Shown here one piece after another: positions 1 to 13,700 of a stretch of DNA of 64,000 nt. This DNA comes from a virus (taxonomy: Duplodnaviria > Heunggongvirae > Uroviricota > Caudoviricetes). The notes beneath the pieces were generated by a model. The model was not told where the DNA came from and made no database searches. It was given only the letters and a program-made list of their open reading frames with translations. Numbering within the stretch: position 1 is the stretch's first letter; each line of letters begins with the position of its first letter. The position numbers were made by a program, and so were the translations under genes. The stretch is from positions 48,731 to 112,730 of the IMG/VR virus record IMGVR_UViG_3300012346_000137. One strand, given 5' to 3'.

Positions 1-3000
1 TAGAAACTCAATTCATCCTGAATCTTATTCATAGCTTTCATTAGATATTTGTATCTGTTTCTAGTTACATCATCTAATGAATCATCATCGTCTGGTATAG
101 CAGCACCTGCAGCAGCAACCACAGCAACTATTCCAACTAATAATTTCAACTCTTTCACTTGATTCTCAAGTTCTGTACGCATCATGTCGTAGAACTCTTC
201 ATTCGTGATAGTCAATACCTCTCCAGTTTTTCTAAAGTATTCGTCTCTCTTAACTTGTAACATCTCATCTAATATGCGTAACCCTTCTTCTGAACCAGTA
301 ATGATGTCACGCATCTTTGTAATGTTTTTTGCACCAAGATGAAAAATAGCTTTAACAAACACTCTACCTCTACCATATTCCCACTCACCAGTTAAGGCAT
401 TCTTAGAAATATCTTTTGTACGTAATATCACTTGCTTAGGAATCCAAGTCTTAAACATCATGAATGATTTAAATACAGTGTCTCTAGCAAACGCTGCTTT
501 ATTATCTTGGCTCATTTGACCATTCAAGTCTCTGTTATATTCAGTGATGATTGCTCTAAACTTCGCCAGTTCCTCATCAGATACACCTTCTATTGTAATA
601 GTATCGCCTTCTATTTTAACAGCCTTCTCTAAATTACTTTCTTCTTTAGCTTTAGCAACCCTTTCGTCAAATGTTTTCTCAAGAGCTTTTCTTTCAGCAG
701 GGGTCATTTTATATTTAACAGCTCTATCTTCTCTTGCTATCTCTTGTCTAATGTTAACAATCTTACCATCTTTAATCATAGAGTTGTCTATAAAAGATAA
801 AGCATTTGCAAGTTGGAATCTTTTCTCTGGGAAAGCATTCGTAGACATCATTACATCAGAGAATGACCATGTACTTAACCATTTACCTATACCAATCTTC
901 TTAGCTGTCTCTCTCATCTTCTCATTGCTAATATCTTCGTTCAATGGTACTATTAAGTGCATGATAGCCTTCTTCTCTTGACTGATTGCTCCTGTAACAA
1001 CTTTTCCTGTATTGCTAAGAAACTCATTGAATTCGTAATTACCCCCAGCATTAATGTAAGCTTGGAAAGCATTACCAAAACTGTTGGCTGTAGCAATCAA
1101 TGGCTTTAGACCCACAGCTAGGGCTCTAACTAAAACGTCTGCATTCTTAATACCTTTCTTGAAGTTTGTAACTCTTTTTTCTGCAAGCTCTTTATCTTTG
1201 TTAAGTTTAGTTACAAGATTGCCAAGTTGAACGTTACCTAGTGATCCTGTATCTTCAGTTTGTCCATACAAGTAGTCATCTACAATAGCATTCATTAATT
1301 TAGCATTATCGTTCTTGTCACGATTAACTCTTGGAGTGTCACCATCAAATACTACCTTGTCTCCATCTACAATAATACTTCCTTTATTTGCTTCTACAGC
1401 AGCAAGAGTTAACAATGTATTTTCTAAGTTCTGTCTGTTCTCATAGCTATATAAAGCATTAACCCATAATGATGCCACCTTATTTAAATCTTTAGATAAA
1501 GCTTCTACAGGTTTAGATGATCTTGTAAAGTATCTAGGAATTCTTCTTTCTAACTCTCCTGTTTCAGGATCAATTTTAGATAGGCTTGAAGATTCGTCTT
1601 CTGTTGTTGTGTACAAATCTTTAAAGAAGTTACCTAAATCACCAAGTACACCTTGCTTAGATTGTTCTATCTTTTGCAATAATGTAGCTTCAACCAATGG
1701 GAAGAATGACATACCTTGCTCATCTAAGTAACCAGCTTTGTACGCTCTTTCATTTAAGTCCATAAAGAACTTCCATGCTTTAAACGCAGTTTCATTCTTT
1801 ACAAGTTGCTTGTATTCGTTAGACAAATGTTTTTCTTCCAACATTGCCTTCTTAAACAATTGCTTAAATGTAAAGTCAGTAAATCCATTAAATGTACTTC
1901 TAGTAATATCTAAAGAGTTTCTAACGTTCTTAATCTTTTGGTCTCTGATAGCATTGTTATTGTTAATATCACTAATGTCATATTCTGTTCTTTCAATCTC
2001 AGCTATTTGTTTCTCAACAGCTTCTTCAACTAGTTGATTATACTTATCCATGTCTAAGTTCTTGATAAGGAACTCTTTATCTTTAGCTTCTATAGCTTTG
2101 CTGTAATCTTTCCAGAACTGAGGATCTATCTTTTTAATTAAGTTCAATCCTTTGTCTGAAGCTTTACCAATCAAATCAAATGCAGACTTACCCTGAGCAG
2201 CAGCTTCTTTTTCTAATGCCACAAGAATAGGTTGGAACTGATCAAGCTTTCTACCAACATTAATATTCACTAAGTTTCTAGATTCTAAAACTAATCTAGA
2301 TGCTGCCTTGATAATCTTAGCAGGAAGTTGTAAACCTTCATAGAAGGTTTTAACTAATCCTTTAATTTCTCTTTCTGCAGATAATGCTTCTTTCTCTGTG
2401 CTTGCCAAACCTTGTTTTATAACAAGATTAGCAGCATAACTTCCTTGAAGATTATTAATCTTCTTAACCAATCTTTCTGCTAATACAGCATTATGTTCTA
2501 ACTTCTCAAGAATAACCTTAGCTTCTCCTGTCATCTTATCTTTAGGATAGGCAGATAGGAACACCTGGTCAATGTCCAAGAACTTAGTAGCACTGTTCTT
2601 ATATTCAATAAGTTTTCCAAGTTTATCTCTAGTTTCTGCTGGAGATAGTTTCTCATAATCAATACCTTCAATATCTGTAATAGCAGCACCAGCATTCTTA
2701 AAGAATGTCTCAGCCATAGCTGTGATAGGACCAAAGTTTAATCTTACTTGTAAGTTACGTATTGCTGAAGAGATCTCCTCTAATTGTTTTTTCTTTAAGT
2801 GTCTATTTTCAGGACTTACTCTTATACCATTAATCTTTTCCCACTGAGCTCTCAATCCACTGATTAATCTATCAACTTCTTCATTACCAGTCTTTTCTGA
2901 TAACGATGGAACAGGAAGAGTGAATATTGAATTCTTTTCTAAGTTGTTTGGACTTCCCACTTCTAAAGTTACTAATACTAGTGGACTCTTTGGATCTCCA

Positions 3001-4715
3001 GGTATAGCATGTCTATATCCTGTAACAAAAGGAACCATTCTTCTATATCTAAGTTGCTCTTTTGTAACACCATAGTTCTTAAGGATTTGCTCATACTCAT
3101 TCATTTGAGCATTCCATTCTTTAGTTTTGTATCCAGGAACATCATCGTTCATAGACTTATTGATGTTAGAAAACTTCCAATCAAGGATGTCCACCTTTAC
3201 ACTACCATCTTTTTGAGGCTCTATAGCAATAAAGTCCATAGTGGATGCAAGCATACCTGGTACGTTCTTGTTAACAACTTTCTTTTCAATAAGGAATCTA
3301 GTTCCAGATTCATATGAATTAATTAACTCTTTAGCAAAGTTTCGTAACTTTTCTTGAATTATTGGATCAAGATTAGAATCTATTTCAATCTCAGTAGGAT
3401 TAGCCAATCTGTATCCATTCTTATCGATAAGATTTTTTCCAATAAACTGTTCAAGGAATGCGTGACCTTCAGATCCCCAATCCTTCTTCATATCATCTAA
3501 CTTCTTCTGAAGATCTGATCTTCTATCAGGAGTTTTACCTTTAACTTTTTCAGTTACAGACTTTGCAATATCTGTAACTTTATCATACACGTAATGTCTT
3601 TTCTTAACAAGATTACCTGCTGAATCATACACAGCATTATAAGGTCCACCTATCTTGTCATGCTCTGACATAATGGTGTTGAATATTTGATCTACCTTAG
3701 TATTATTCTTTACTTGATAATACACTGCAGTTTCTTTGATGTTGTCTAATGTAAGATCAATGTTATCGCTAACAATAAGATCTGCTGTGCTTTTGAAGAT
3801 GTCTATATTAGTTTTGCTATAAATACCTCTAACAAAATCAAGTATTGTATCCCACCATTGTCTAATCAATGATCTGTCTTTCTCTTCCATTAATTCTGGA
3901 AACTCTGTAGATCCCTCACTCTTATTAACAATCAATTCAGCAATCAACTTATCTACAGCCTCCTTCTTAATCTTACGAATGTCAGGTTTGCCATTAGCTA
4001 GTTGATATGCTTTCTTTTTACCATAGGTATCAAGTACTTGTTTATAAATCTTGAATCTATCTATCTTAGAGATCATTGCAGTGATTGCCTGAGGATTAGT
4101 TTGCTCCACCATAGCAGTTGCAATGTGAACATATTCCTCTGTAAGTGCTTGATCCTCAACACCTTCAGCAAGAGCAATAACAGCTTTCACTGCTTCGCCA
4201 GTCTTCTGAATGTGAGATAAACCCTGTACATCTTCATCAACTGTCAGCCCAGCATCTCTTACATACTGATCTAAGTTTTCAATAGAGATACCCATCTTAG
4301 CTGCAGCAGTCTTGATAATATCCAATGTAGCCTTAGCTGCTTTAGATGCCTTAACTCCTTGCACTTGAAACTTTACATCAGAGTCTCCTTGTTGATTGTA
4401 TTCTCCAAAGCTTAACATAGAGTCATACATTCCTCTATCTTTTCTAACCTGATCTATTGCATCAAAAGCTTCCATGTTAGGAACTGCTTTTATCCACGAA
4501 TCACTAGTGTTAGGATTAACTGTTTCCTCTGTAAACAAAGGACCTTTATCTACACCATAAGCTTCCTTAGCTTGTTGAGTCAAGGTCTTCACCTCATCTC
4601 TAAAAGAAACAAGCTTAGTAATCCTGTTATTACTCTTTATAATTTCTTTATCAAGTAGAACTTCTCTACTATTAAGATTTGATTCTTTGTGCTTTAAGTT
4701 ACATCCTATTGCCAT
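1..4715 (-). CDS. giant virion (cargo/ejection-like) protein, 3'-truncated by window edge (>=1571 aa)
   Basis: ATG at 4715 on the minus strand (MAIGCNLKHKES...). The frame stays open to position 1: I hand-translated ~300 codons at the N-terminus and ~25 codons near 1030-1100, all protein-like with no stops. Only short ORFs (<145 aa) lie on the opposite strand. It overlaps the stop of the upstream 4176-aa gene by 11 nt, which is typical operon packing. Confidence 0.6.
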   Translation of the reverse strand, partial: MAIGCNLKHKESNLNSREVLLDKEIIKSNNRITKLVSFRDEVKTLTQQAKEAYGVDKGPLFTEETVNPNTSDSWIKAVPNMEAFDAIDQVRKDRGMYDSMLSFGEYNQQGDSDVKFQVQGVKASKAAKATLDIIKTAAAKMGISIENLDQYVRDAGLTVDEDVQGLSHIQKTGEAVKAVIALAEGVEDQALTEEYVHIATAMVEQTNPQAITAMISKIDRFKIYKQVLDTYGKKKAYQLANGKPDIRKIKKEAVDKLIAELIVNKSEGSTEFPELMEEKDRSLIRQWWDTILDFVRGIYSKTNIDIFKSTADLIVSDNIDLTLDNIKETAVYYQVKNNTKVDQIFNTIMSEHDKIGGPYNAVYDSAGNLVKKRHYVYDKVTDIAKSVTEKVKGKTPDRRSDLQKKLDDMKKDWGSEGHAFLEQFIGKNLIDKNGYRLANPTEIEIDSNLDPIIQEKLRNFAKELINSYESGTRFLIEKKVVNKNVPGMLASTMDFIAIEPQKDGSVKVDILDWKFSNINKSMNDDVPGYKTKEWNAQMNEYEQILKNYGVTKEQLRYRRMVPFVTGYRHAIPGDPKSPLVLVTLEVGSPNNLEKNSIFTLPVPSLSEKTGNEEVDRLISGLRAQWEKINGIRVSPENRHLKKKQLEEISSAIRNLQVRLNFGPITAMAETFFKNAGAAITDIEGIDYEKLSPAETRDKLGKLIEYKNSATKFLDIDQVFLSAYPKDKMTGEAKVILEKLEHNAVLAERLVKKINNLQGSYAANLVIKQGLASTEKEALSAEREIKGLVKTFYEGLQLPAKIIKAASRLVLESRNLVNINVGRKLDQFQPILVALEKEAAAQGKSAFDLIGKASDKGLNLIKKIDPQFWKDYSKAIEAKDKEFLIKNLDMDKYNQLVEEAVEKQIAEIERTEYDISDINNNNAIRDQKIKNVRNSLDITRSTFNGFTDFTFKQLFKKAMLEEKHLSNEYKQLVKNETAFKAWKFFMDLNERAYKAGYLDEQGMSFFPLVEATLLQKIEQSKQGVLGDLGNFFKDLYTTTEDESSSLSKIDPETGELERRIPRYFTRSSKPVEALSKDLNKVASLWVNALYSYENRQNLENTLLTLAAVEANKGSIIVDGDKVVFDGDTPRVNRDKNDNAKLMNAIVDDYLYGQTEDTGSLGNVQLGNLVTKLNKDKELAEKRVTNFKKGIKNADVLVRALAVGLKPLIATANSFGNAFQAYINAGGNYEFNEFLSNTGKVVTGAISQEKKAIMHLIVPLNEDISNEKMRETAKKIGIGKWLSTWSFSDVMMSTNAFPEKRFQLANALSFIDNSMIKDGKIVNIRQEIAREDRAVKYKMTPAERKALEKTFDERVAKAKEESNLEKAVKIEGDTITIEGVSDEELAKFRAIITEYNRDLNGQMSQDNKAAFARDTVFKSFMMFKTWIPKQVILRTKDISKNALTGEWEYGRGRVFVKAIFHLGAKNITKMRDIITGSEEGLRILDEMLQVKRDEYFRKTGEVLTITNEEFYDMMRTELENQVKELKLLVGIVAVVAAAGAAIPDDDDSLDDVTRNRYKYLMKAMNKIQDELSF

Positions 4716-4724
4716 AGTATTATT

Positions 4725-7700
4725 TTAAAAAGATACACCTCCTTGACAAGGTAATTTTTCGTTTATATTTTCTGGTTCTGATTCTATTTTAGTTTGCATA
4801 GACACAGCCTCATCTCCCATCACATCTTCAATCACACTGTCTTCTACCTCATCCACTTTAATATATCCATTATCGAATATACCCTTTTGAGCTAATGTAG
4901 AATCTGCATCTCCAGGAACCAACTTACCATAGAACTCGTTAGCTCTAAAGCTATCTCCCCAAGTGTTGATTGCTTTGTATACAAATGATTCATACACTCT
5001 ACCATCTTTTGCTGTAGATAGATAAACAATTGGATTGCCAGCACTGTTGTACACCTTCTTGAATAATCCTTTATTGATGTAAGAGTAATCACCCTTCTTT
5101 CTCATTTCAGCCTTTTGAGCCTTAGTGTATTTCATGTCTTCCCAAACATAAGTGATTATATCAGAAGCTCCTTCTCTAGACAATGTAGAAATGTTAACCA
5201 TCTGAGGTATTTTCTTATTACCCATTGCTTTTGACAATCTCTTGCTTAAGAATTTCATTTCTAAGTTATACATCCAGTTACCTGCTTTAGTCTTTATCCA
5301 TCTAGCTTTCTTAGAAGGAACAACTTCAGAATTAGTGTAAAGTGTTCTTTCCATTACATTCAAATCGATAAAGTCTGCTAAGTTAGGCATTTCTTCTAAC
5401 TTTGCCAAAGTATCGTTATATATTTCTTTGAAATCTGTATATGGCAATAACGAACTAAATGATATTTTAGAGTTGGTCAAACCAGATTGTAACACAGCAA
5501 CTCTTACCAACTTACCATATAATTCCTTAGGAACTCTATCTTTAAGTTCTCTGAATCCAAATATGATTTGGTTCTGGTTATAAATCTTGCTATCCTTAGC
5601 TGTCAAGTATAAGTTATCAGGTTGACCATCTTTACCACCCTTGTTCATTTGAAGAGCATTGATAATGATGTTGTCTTTTAATGGATGATTAGGATCATTC
5701 ATTACAGCAGACTTAAAGTTCATTATCTCTTGAGCAGCACTTACAGCTGTATCACTTCCTAACAATGTGGCAGCCAATCTGTTAGTTAATTTTCTATCAA
5801 TTTGTGTAGCCCAGTCAAACAAGTTGTTGATTGTGTTTCTAGCAAACTTCACAAACTCTCTATCGTTAAGCTGAATATGTTTAGACAATACAGCTTCTAC
5901 AGTAGCTCTAACACGTGGTTTCTCAGAAACTAATATGTCAGAATAAGCTTCTCTTACATCATTTAACACCTCACGTAAATGACCTACAAATGAGTTTTCT
6001 AATATATCGTTTACAGAAGAAATGATTGTTTTCTCAGCAGCTTTGATTTGTTCGTTCTTCTTGAACAATAACATTGGGTCATTGAAAGATGCTGTGTCAA
6101 AACTTGTAGCTTGTTGCACCTTAAATAAGTGCTCAGCCATCTTAGCGTATTTCACAAACTCCTTCAATATCAATTGCTGTTGAGCCTTCTGAAGTGGGGA
6201 CATATCTTCTGACTTCATACCAACCATCTCACCTAACTTTTTTTCATTAGGCATTTCACTAGTAGTTACATCAGCACTATCAAATGATTCAATTGCATCT
6301 TGTGCAAATTGATCAATAAATAACCAGCTATATCCTTGATTCTCAATTGTTTGTAAGTATTGCTTAACAATTGGTTGGTTCATGAAGTAAGCTGTAGTCT
6401 TAATAGGCACACCAATCTTAGTTAAGAATAACCAAGTAGATGCTGTATTAGGTCTAGCACCAAGATCCATGATCCAAGCACCCTTAGAGATATCCACATA
6501 TCCATCGATAAACATACCAATAACATCAGAGATAGCTCTTCCAGCAGTGTCTGTAATCTTTGATAACGTAGCTCTCTTCTGTCCATTAACAGTGATTTGG
6601 TTATGAGGAAGTGCAATACTTCCATCTCCAATATAATGTCTATCCTCAGCACTAATGTTTCTAGTTGGATCTAAGTAAATTAAAGAACGTTGGTTCTGAG
6701 CGTTGTTTGTTTGAGCTACAGCAGCAATACCAATTGCATACTTACCAGTTACAAAGTCTTGTCTCAAACCAGTCATCTTTTCTCTACTTAACATATTTGC
6801 TGTAGAAGAGTAATCTGGTTGCTCGATGCCTAACTTTTCATTAATCTCGTAAGCTAAGTCTTTTAATAACTGAGCATCATTAGGTTGAGTTAACTGATCA
6901 AAGTTTGCAGGATTAGTAATAAGTCCTTCTAAAGAAGTTATATAAGCATTCTCTAAAGACTTACCATAATACTTCTCAACAAACTCTGCTCTTGCTGCTG
7001 CTAATAAGTCAGCATTAGTTAACTTGTCAATATCCTTACCAGCTTTCTCAAGCTTTCTTTGTAATGCCTGTGCTATCTCAATACCTGTTAACTCCTCACC
7101 ATACATGCTTTTGAAAATAGGAATCCACTTATCTACTTGTTTATCTGAAGCATTTCCTGATAAGATGTTACTCCATAATTCTTGCATTCCACTAAGCTTT
7201 GTAATCTTAGCTTCTGTAAGGTCTGTTTTATCCTTAGTGATGCTATCAAACAACTCACCAAACTTAGCTTTAGCTTCTTCACCAAATCCATGGAAAGGAA
7301 CTAATCTAATTTTACCAGCTGCATCCTTATAGATGTTCTTCAAGTAGATTGATAACTTATCTATATCAAAGTCAGATCCCACCTTCTTAACCAATGCTGA
7401 AGGTATGATTACTGAGTCACCATATCCTTTAGGTAAGAACTTAGCAATCTTGAATACATCAATTGAATTCTGGCTTTGTGTAGGAATACGATATGCAACA
7501 CCTCTTAACACCTCTTGTCCTTCAGGGCTTTTGAAGAATTCCATTGCTTCTTCCTCTGTCATCATGCTATCATCAAACCATTTAGCTACCATGATTTCAC
7601 ATACACGCTCACCATCCTTCTCATAGAACTTCAATTCATTTGATACATAAGCACCAGTCTCAGGATCTACTTCAGCACGTACAGACTCTAATAATGTAAC

Positions 7701-10700
7701 AGGAACCTGTACCTTCAATCCACCATTAATCTTCTGAGAAGAAATATTTCTGTCAGCAATTGAATATAAAATATTTCTAATTTGTTGGTAAGCTGGAGTA
7801 GCTTCTAATATAACTTCATCATTTTCAAAACTGTCAAAAGCTTCAATGATATTATCATTTACTTCTCTCTTGTACATTTCATCTTTCAAGGTGTCAATTA
7901 ACTTTTTCTTGTTATTTAACTTAATACCCTTGTCTGTTCTAACAATACCCAACTGATCAATCAATGTATCAAAACCATAGTTGATTTTTTCCTCTAATAT
8001 ACGTTGGTTAGTTAATATTTCATTATATAAATTCTTACCATCGTTGTAAGAAAACTTATCTTCTAATGCTGTCCAAGCAGCAAATCTCTCATCAATGTCA
8101 GTAATCTCTGGAGCAAAGTCAACAGGGACACCTGCTTGCATTAAATCCATAGTTACCAACTTAGTAATCTGGCTACCTTGAGTGGTATCGTTTGTATCTT
8201 TAGAAGGCACCTCAGCTTGAATACCAATGATGTCAAATGGTATATTGCTTACATTCTCATCTTCGTTAACTTCAGCATTATTAAACTTACCATTCTCATT
8301 GTACAATTTCACAGGAGTTTTAGCACCAACCTTTCTACCTGTACCATATACAGCATAGTCAATGTCATTCTTTTGCATCTTGTTGTATAACTTGATAGCA
8401 TTTGAATCAGGGTTTAACTCATGTAATAATCTGAATGATAATGGGAATAAGGCAAACTTATCTAATACAACATCGTTCCAGTTGTTACCATCTAACTTAT
8501 TACCAGCAACAATAGGTTTAATTGGAGTGTATGCACTCTTGATGTTTGGATTATCCTTCATCAATTCATTAAGTTCCAACTTAGTAGCACCACCTTTTAC
8601 TGCTTTCTCATAAGCAATGTCAAATCTATATTGTCTTTCCTCAAGGCTGTTCCATTGTCCAGCTCTGATTCTAAGGTTACGATTAGCTCTCATGCTGATA
8701 TATCCACCACCATCAGTCTCTTCAAATACACCATAGTCTTTAAGATCACTCTTAGAAATAACATCAGCTAATGTGATAGACTTAAAGTAGTCTCTAATGA
8801 AGTCAGTGTATCCAATGTCAGTTGGTTCAAAGCCTTTGTTGTAAGCTTTGTCTAACATAGTATTGATTCCTTGACTGTTTGCTAATAGGGGCTGACGAGG
8901 AGAATTGAAGTTTTTGATACGCTTTAATTCGTCCTTGTATTGATAAGGATCTGAGTATACCAACTTATGAAGTTCAATATTAGCAATCATATAGTTAGCT
9001 GCTAATAATGATAGTTGACTCATTAAATCTGCTTCAGTCATACCATCATAGTTCTCAAGTGCTACACCTTCTGTAACAATCTCACCTGCTTCATTAAGAC
9101 TTGCAATACCATACTTACCAAATGTCATTCTACTAACCATTGCCTCTTCTCTAATCTTATCTTCAACAGCAGCTTCAATCTTAGCCTTAAAGTCATTGTA
9201 GATCTTTTCAGCAGAGTCTTTAGAAGACAACCTTTTAACTATATCTTTATGATCTTCCTTACTTAAGATTGCCTTGAAGAAACGCAAGTCTGTAGATTCT
9301 CTTTGTTCCTTACCAGCTTTAATCTCTTTAGGTGTAAGTTTAAGTTTAACAATAGGTCTATCTTCTCTAGCTACATTCACCTCAGAGATAAAGTATTCTC
9401 TAAAGATTTTATGAATAGCATCGTATCCAGTGTTATCAAATTGGTTCTTAGTTACAAACTGACCCATGTTAACCATCCACTCAATAGACGCATCTCCAGG
9501 AACTAAGTTCATGTAGAAGCCATTTAAGTTCAAGTTAATCTCTTGGATAAGTCTTTCTTTGAAGTTTAACTTAGAAGATTCTTTCTTCTTGTTAGTTTGC
9601 TCGTTAACATAACCATCAACGTATGCTGGTTTCAATAAATCAGTTGTATTAGAAATACGTCTACCATCAGCAGCATCTCCAGTGATGTTAAACATTTTGT
9701 TTAATGTTGCACTTCCTTTAGAGAAAGCATCATTAACCAAACGTGCATATTTAGTGCTACCTAACTCATTGTAATTTTTAACATTAGAGATAACGTCATG
9801 CATGTCACTAACTAAGTTAGTACCAAGGTATGTTTGTACACGATCACCATTCAAGTTGAAATATGTACTTTCAAACTCTGGATTCTTTAAGATTGCACTA
9901 ATTGTACCTAACTGTAATAAACGACCATCTATTCCTAATGTCTTGGTATTCAATGTTTTAACACCAGACAATTTACTTAAACTATTCTGTAATCCTTCAA
10001 CAGCATCTTTGAATGCAGTTAATTGGTTACCCTTAATCTTAGCTCTAATTTGTTTAGGGTCAAGCTTGATACCAAACTTACTTAAGAATTCTGTATATGT
10101 ATCAATATCATCTGATACTAATTTATAATTACTTACTGGTGCTTGAGAGGTATACTCTTTCTTAGCTGCATCATATTTAACATATGGGTTAGTTGATCTA
10201 ATAGAAGCAATCAATGCAGATGCCATGTTAGATCTTTCTTGTGTAGCAGCTGTAGATAAAGCTGAGTTAGAAACAATCACCTCACCAGAAGGTAATGTAA
10301 ATACTACCTGTACGTCAGCGTTCAACTTCTTAAATGCTCTCCAGAATCCAGCAATCAATTGAACATGATGTTCATCTGTTAACTTAGAATAGTCAATAGG
10401 TCCTTCAGTAACCTTACTTCTTGTTAAACGAAAATACAAAGAAGCATATGTAGGATTCTCGTTACCCAATGCTCTTAACTTAGACATCATATCGTCAAAG
10501 TTAGTAGCTGAGTGTAACTTGTTCATTAATGTAATGTAAGACTTATCAAGAGGAGTTAGCTTCATACCATATATAGAAGAACGCACTGGCTTCATTGAAC
10601 CATCTGCTTTCATTTCCATAGTAGGCAACGTACCAATTAACAATCTAATTGTAGCATTGATCTTCTTGAAATTATCCATCTTTCTAGCATCTTGCCAGTC

Positions 10701-13700
10701 AGACTTACCACTAGCATCCTCGTCTCTAACAATAGCCTCATCATTCTCATCAAACTCTACGTTGTAGGTTTTAAGATATTCAATGTGCTTCTTTTTAAGA
10801 CTATCCCACTCTAACATTACATTGTAGTGTAACATCTCATAGTTAGCCTTAGCTACTGGATCTGTAATAATTTGTTTCTTATGACGAATTAAATTTGAAA
10901 TCTCATCCTTTAATTCATTGTATTTATCAGTCTTATTTAATACAACACTTGCAGTGAATAAACTTTCATTATTTTTAGCTAATTCAGAAAGTACACTATA
11001 CGTCATGTGTTCCATGATCTCATGTACTTGAGTCTGAGGAACTCTAGCAATACTAAACATACTATCTTTAGTAGCTCTAGCATCCTCTATATCAATTACA
11101 TTGTTCTCTGCAAGACTTAAGTTGTACTCATAAGGAATAGCTGTCTTATAGTAACCTTCACCAATGTTCTTAAATAATGTCTCTGTATTAGAAGCAGCGT
11201 TAGAACCTACAAAGAACTCTTTAATTGTATTAAACAATTCAGTGAAGAATCTAACAATAGCATTCTTACTTGGTTCTGCTTTGTAAATCTTACGTGAAAG
11301 AGTGTAATCTTTAAACTCTTCTGCTAATTGTTCTTCTATTTGTTTATCTGATGCTTCAGAGTAGCTGATAGTTATATCCTCTAGGTTATCATTTAGAGCA
11401 GTAAATGTACCTTTTCTGTTTCTGAATTCATCAAATATAACCTTACGCTCTGTAGCATCAGTGAACATATTGAATATAGCATGGAACACTTCGTGGTAAG
11501 CTGTACCTACTTGTGCATTCTCATACACATAGATAGCACCTTTTCTAAACATACCCCAAGCTTGTCTACCATTGGTAGCCTTAATAATATTCTTAACTCT
11601 GTACACAGGAACACCTGGTACATTTTCTTTTAACCATTTTTCTACAGCTGTCCAATCTTCATTCTCAAAGCTACCCACTTCATTCTCTTCTTGTAAGCTA
11701 TACACTTCATCACTAGGAACAATAATAGGCTCTTCATCAAATGCCACCTGATCTTGTTCAGGCACATCTGTCGTTGGAACCTCTACAGGAACCAACGCTT
11801 CGTCTAAGATTGGCTTTAACTTTGTATATACAGATTGTATAATTAACTCATTAGCAGAACGCTCATCAATATTTCTAGCAGCCATCAATGTAGATGTTGT
11901 CTCAGGCATTGCCTTTACACTAAATCCTGCTGCTAAAAGATCTCCTTTTGAGCTAATGAACTTTTGTAAATCTAATACAAATGTAACAAGTCCACTATTC
12001 AACTGCATGTTGTTTACAGTTTGTCCATCTAACTTAAATCCTTGAACAGGTGCAGGTTGTTGTGCTTGTTGAGGAGTAGTTGCTTTAGGAGCTGGTTGTG
12101 TTACAGGAACTTGTTTTACAACTGCTGCTGGTTGAGGGAATGTATATACATCTCTTGTATCAGTTAATGTGAAATAGATACCTGTTCTATTAGAATCATT
12201 CTCGCCTACAAGAGGTTTAAATGCAGTGGTAAATGGAACCTCACCTTTATTTCTACCTTTAGAAGATAATAAGAACGTTTGGTAGTTTTTCCATTCTTTA
12301 ACAATAGGAGTGCCATCAGCATTTAATCCTACAATCTCAGAATAAGGATCGTTAAATGCCTTCTGCCTAAGCATGGTAGCATTAGCGTTATTATACATTG
12401 CTGTAAATGCTGTAACTAACATGTCTCTATTTGTCTCTATAGATGTTTCAGTGAAAGGAATACTTGCTCCTTTACCAGAAATAAACAATTGAGTAGATGG
12501 CTCACCAGCAGCATCCACTACATCTTCAAACCAGATGTTATTATATCCAGCTTGTTTTCTTTCTTTTGTTTGTGTGTTCTTAGCAATACCCCAATATGCA
12601 ACTGACTTTAACCAGTTGATTAACACTTGGTTTCTCTTGCTCTTAACTGTACGATCATCAAATGTATTCTTAGCAATTTGCTTTAATACATCAACCATTA
12701 AGGTAGCTTCGTTAACATTGAACTTTCTGTTTAATAATTTAACTAAACCACCTTTAGCCTTTAAGAACACTCTACCTAATGGAGTGTTAAATGTAACACT
12801 ACCTTCAGTGACACTATCATTATTTGTAGCAACACTCACTAATGGATCTACAGCCAAATCAGCATCTGTTACCAATCCAGCTTCTGTAACACCAGTTTGA
12901 GCATCGTAGTCTATAACTTCTACACCTTTATCATTCTTTGTCTTTACATATTCACCAATACCAAAAGATGCTGAGATCTCTCTAGGAGCACTTATTGTTT
13001 CTTTAGATAATTGTTCGTTTCTCCAAGTGTCATATTGTTTCTCTAACTCTTGTCTTAATGTTTTGTTGTTAGCAACATCATCTCTGAACATGCTTTGTCT
13101 CACCCAATTACCACTAGCATCTTTGTAAGATTGCATTAATTCCTTTGCAGGAAACACTTGGTAAATAGCAGTGTCAATTAAGTTAGCTCCTTGAGGAATA
13201 GGATTACCAAACTCATCCACTGGAGTGAATGTACCATCATCATTAGACTGAACCATTACCATAGCAATAGTCTGATTAGGATCTATTTCCTTCTTTTCTC
13301 CAGCCAAATGTTGCATCAATCCTACCTTTTTAGTTTCAGGATTGTTTTCAAAACCAGCAATCAAATGTTGGTTCTTAGCTGTAACAATAATACCCTTAAT
13401 AGACTTATCCTTAGTAATCTCAGAGAATCTATTACCAAATCTATCAGCTCTTAACTGATGTTCTCTACCTTCAAATAATGTAGCAATTGTACTACCCAAC
13501 ACTTCCCACCAATCTTTTTTAGCTTCTGGTTGGTAAGTCTTAGCGTTACTTGGTTCGTTTTGTGTATCTGTGCTGTTGATGCCTATTAACTCTTGTCTTA
13601 GTTTGGCATCTTTTGCAAGTTTCTTTTCTTGTTCTTTTTGTAACTTGTACGCAGTAGCAATTGCCTGGAACTTATTGACAATCAATTCTTTAGCTCCTAA

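Noticed and set aside
544-4220. Several 70-145-aa plus-strand ORFs in the first 4.7 kb
   Set aside because: All lie antisense to the long, uninterrupted minus-strand reading frame of the edge-truncated giant gene.
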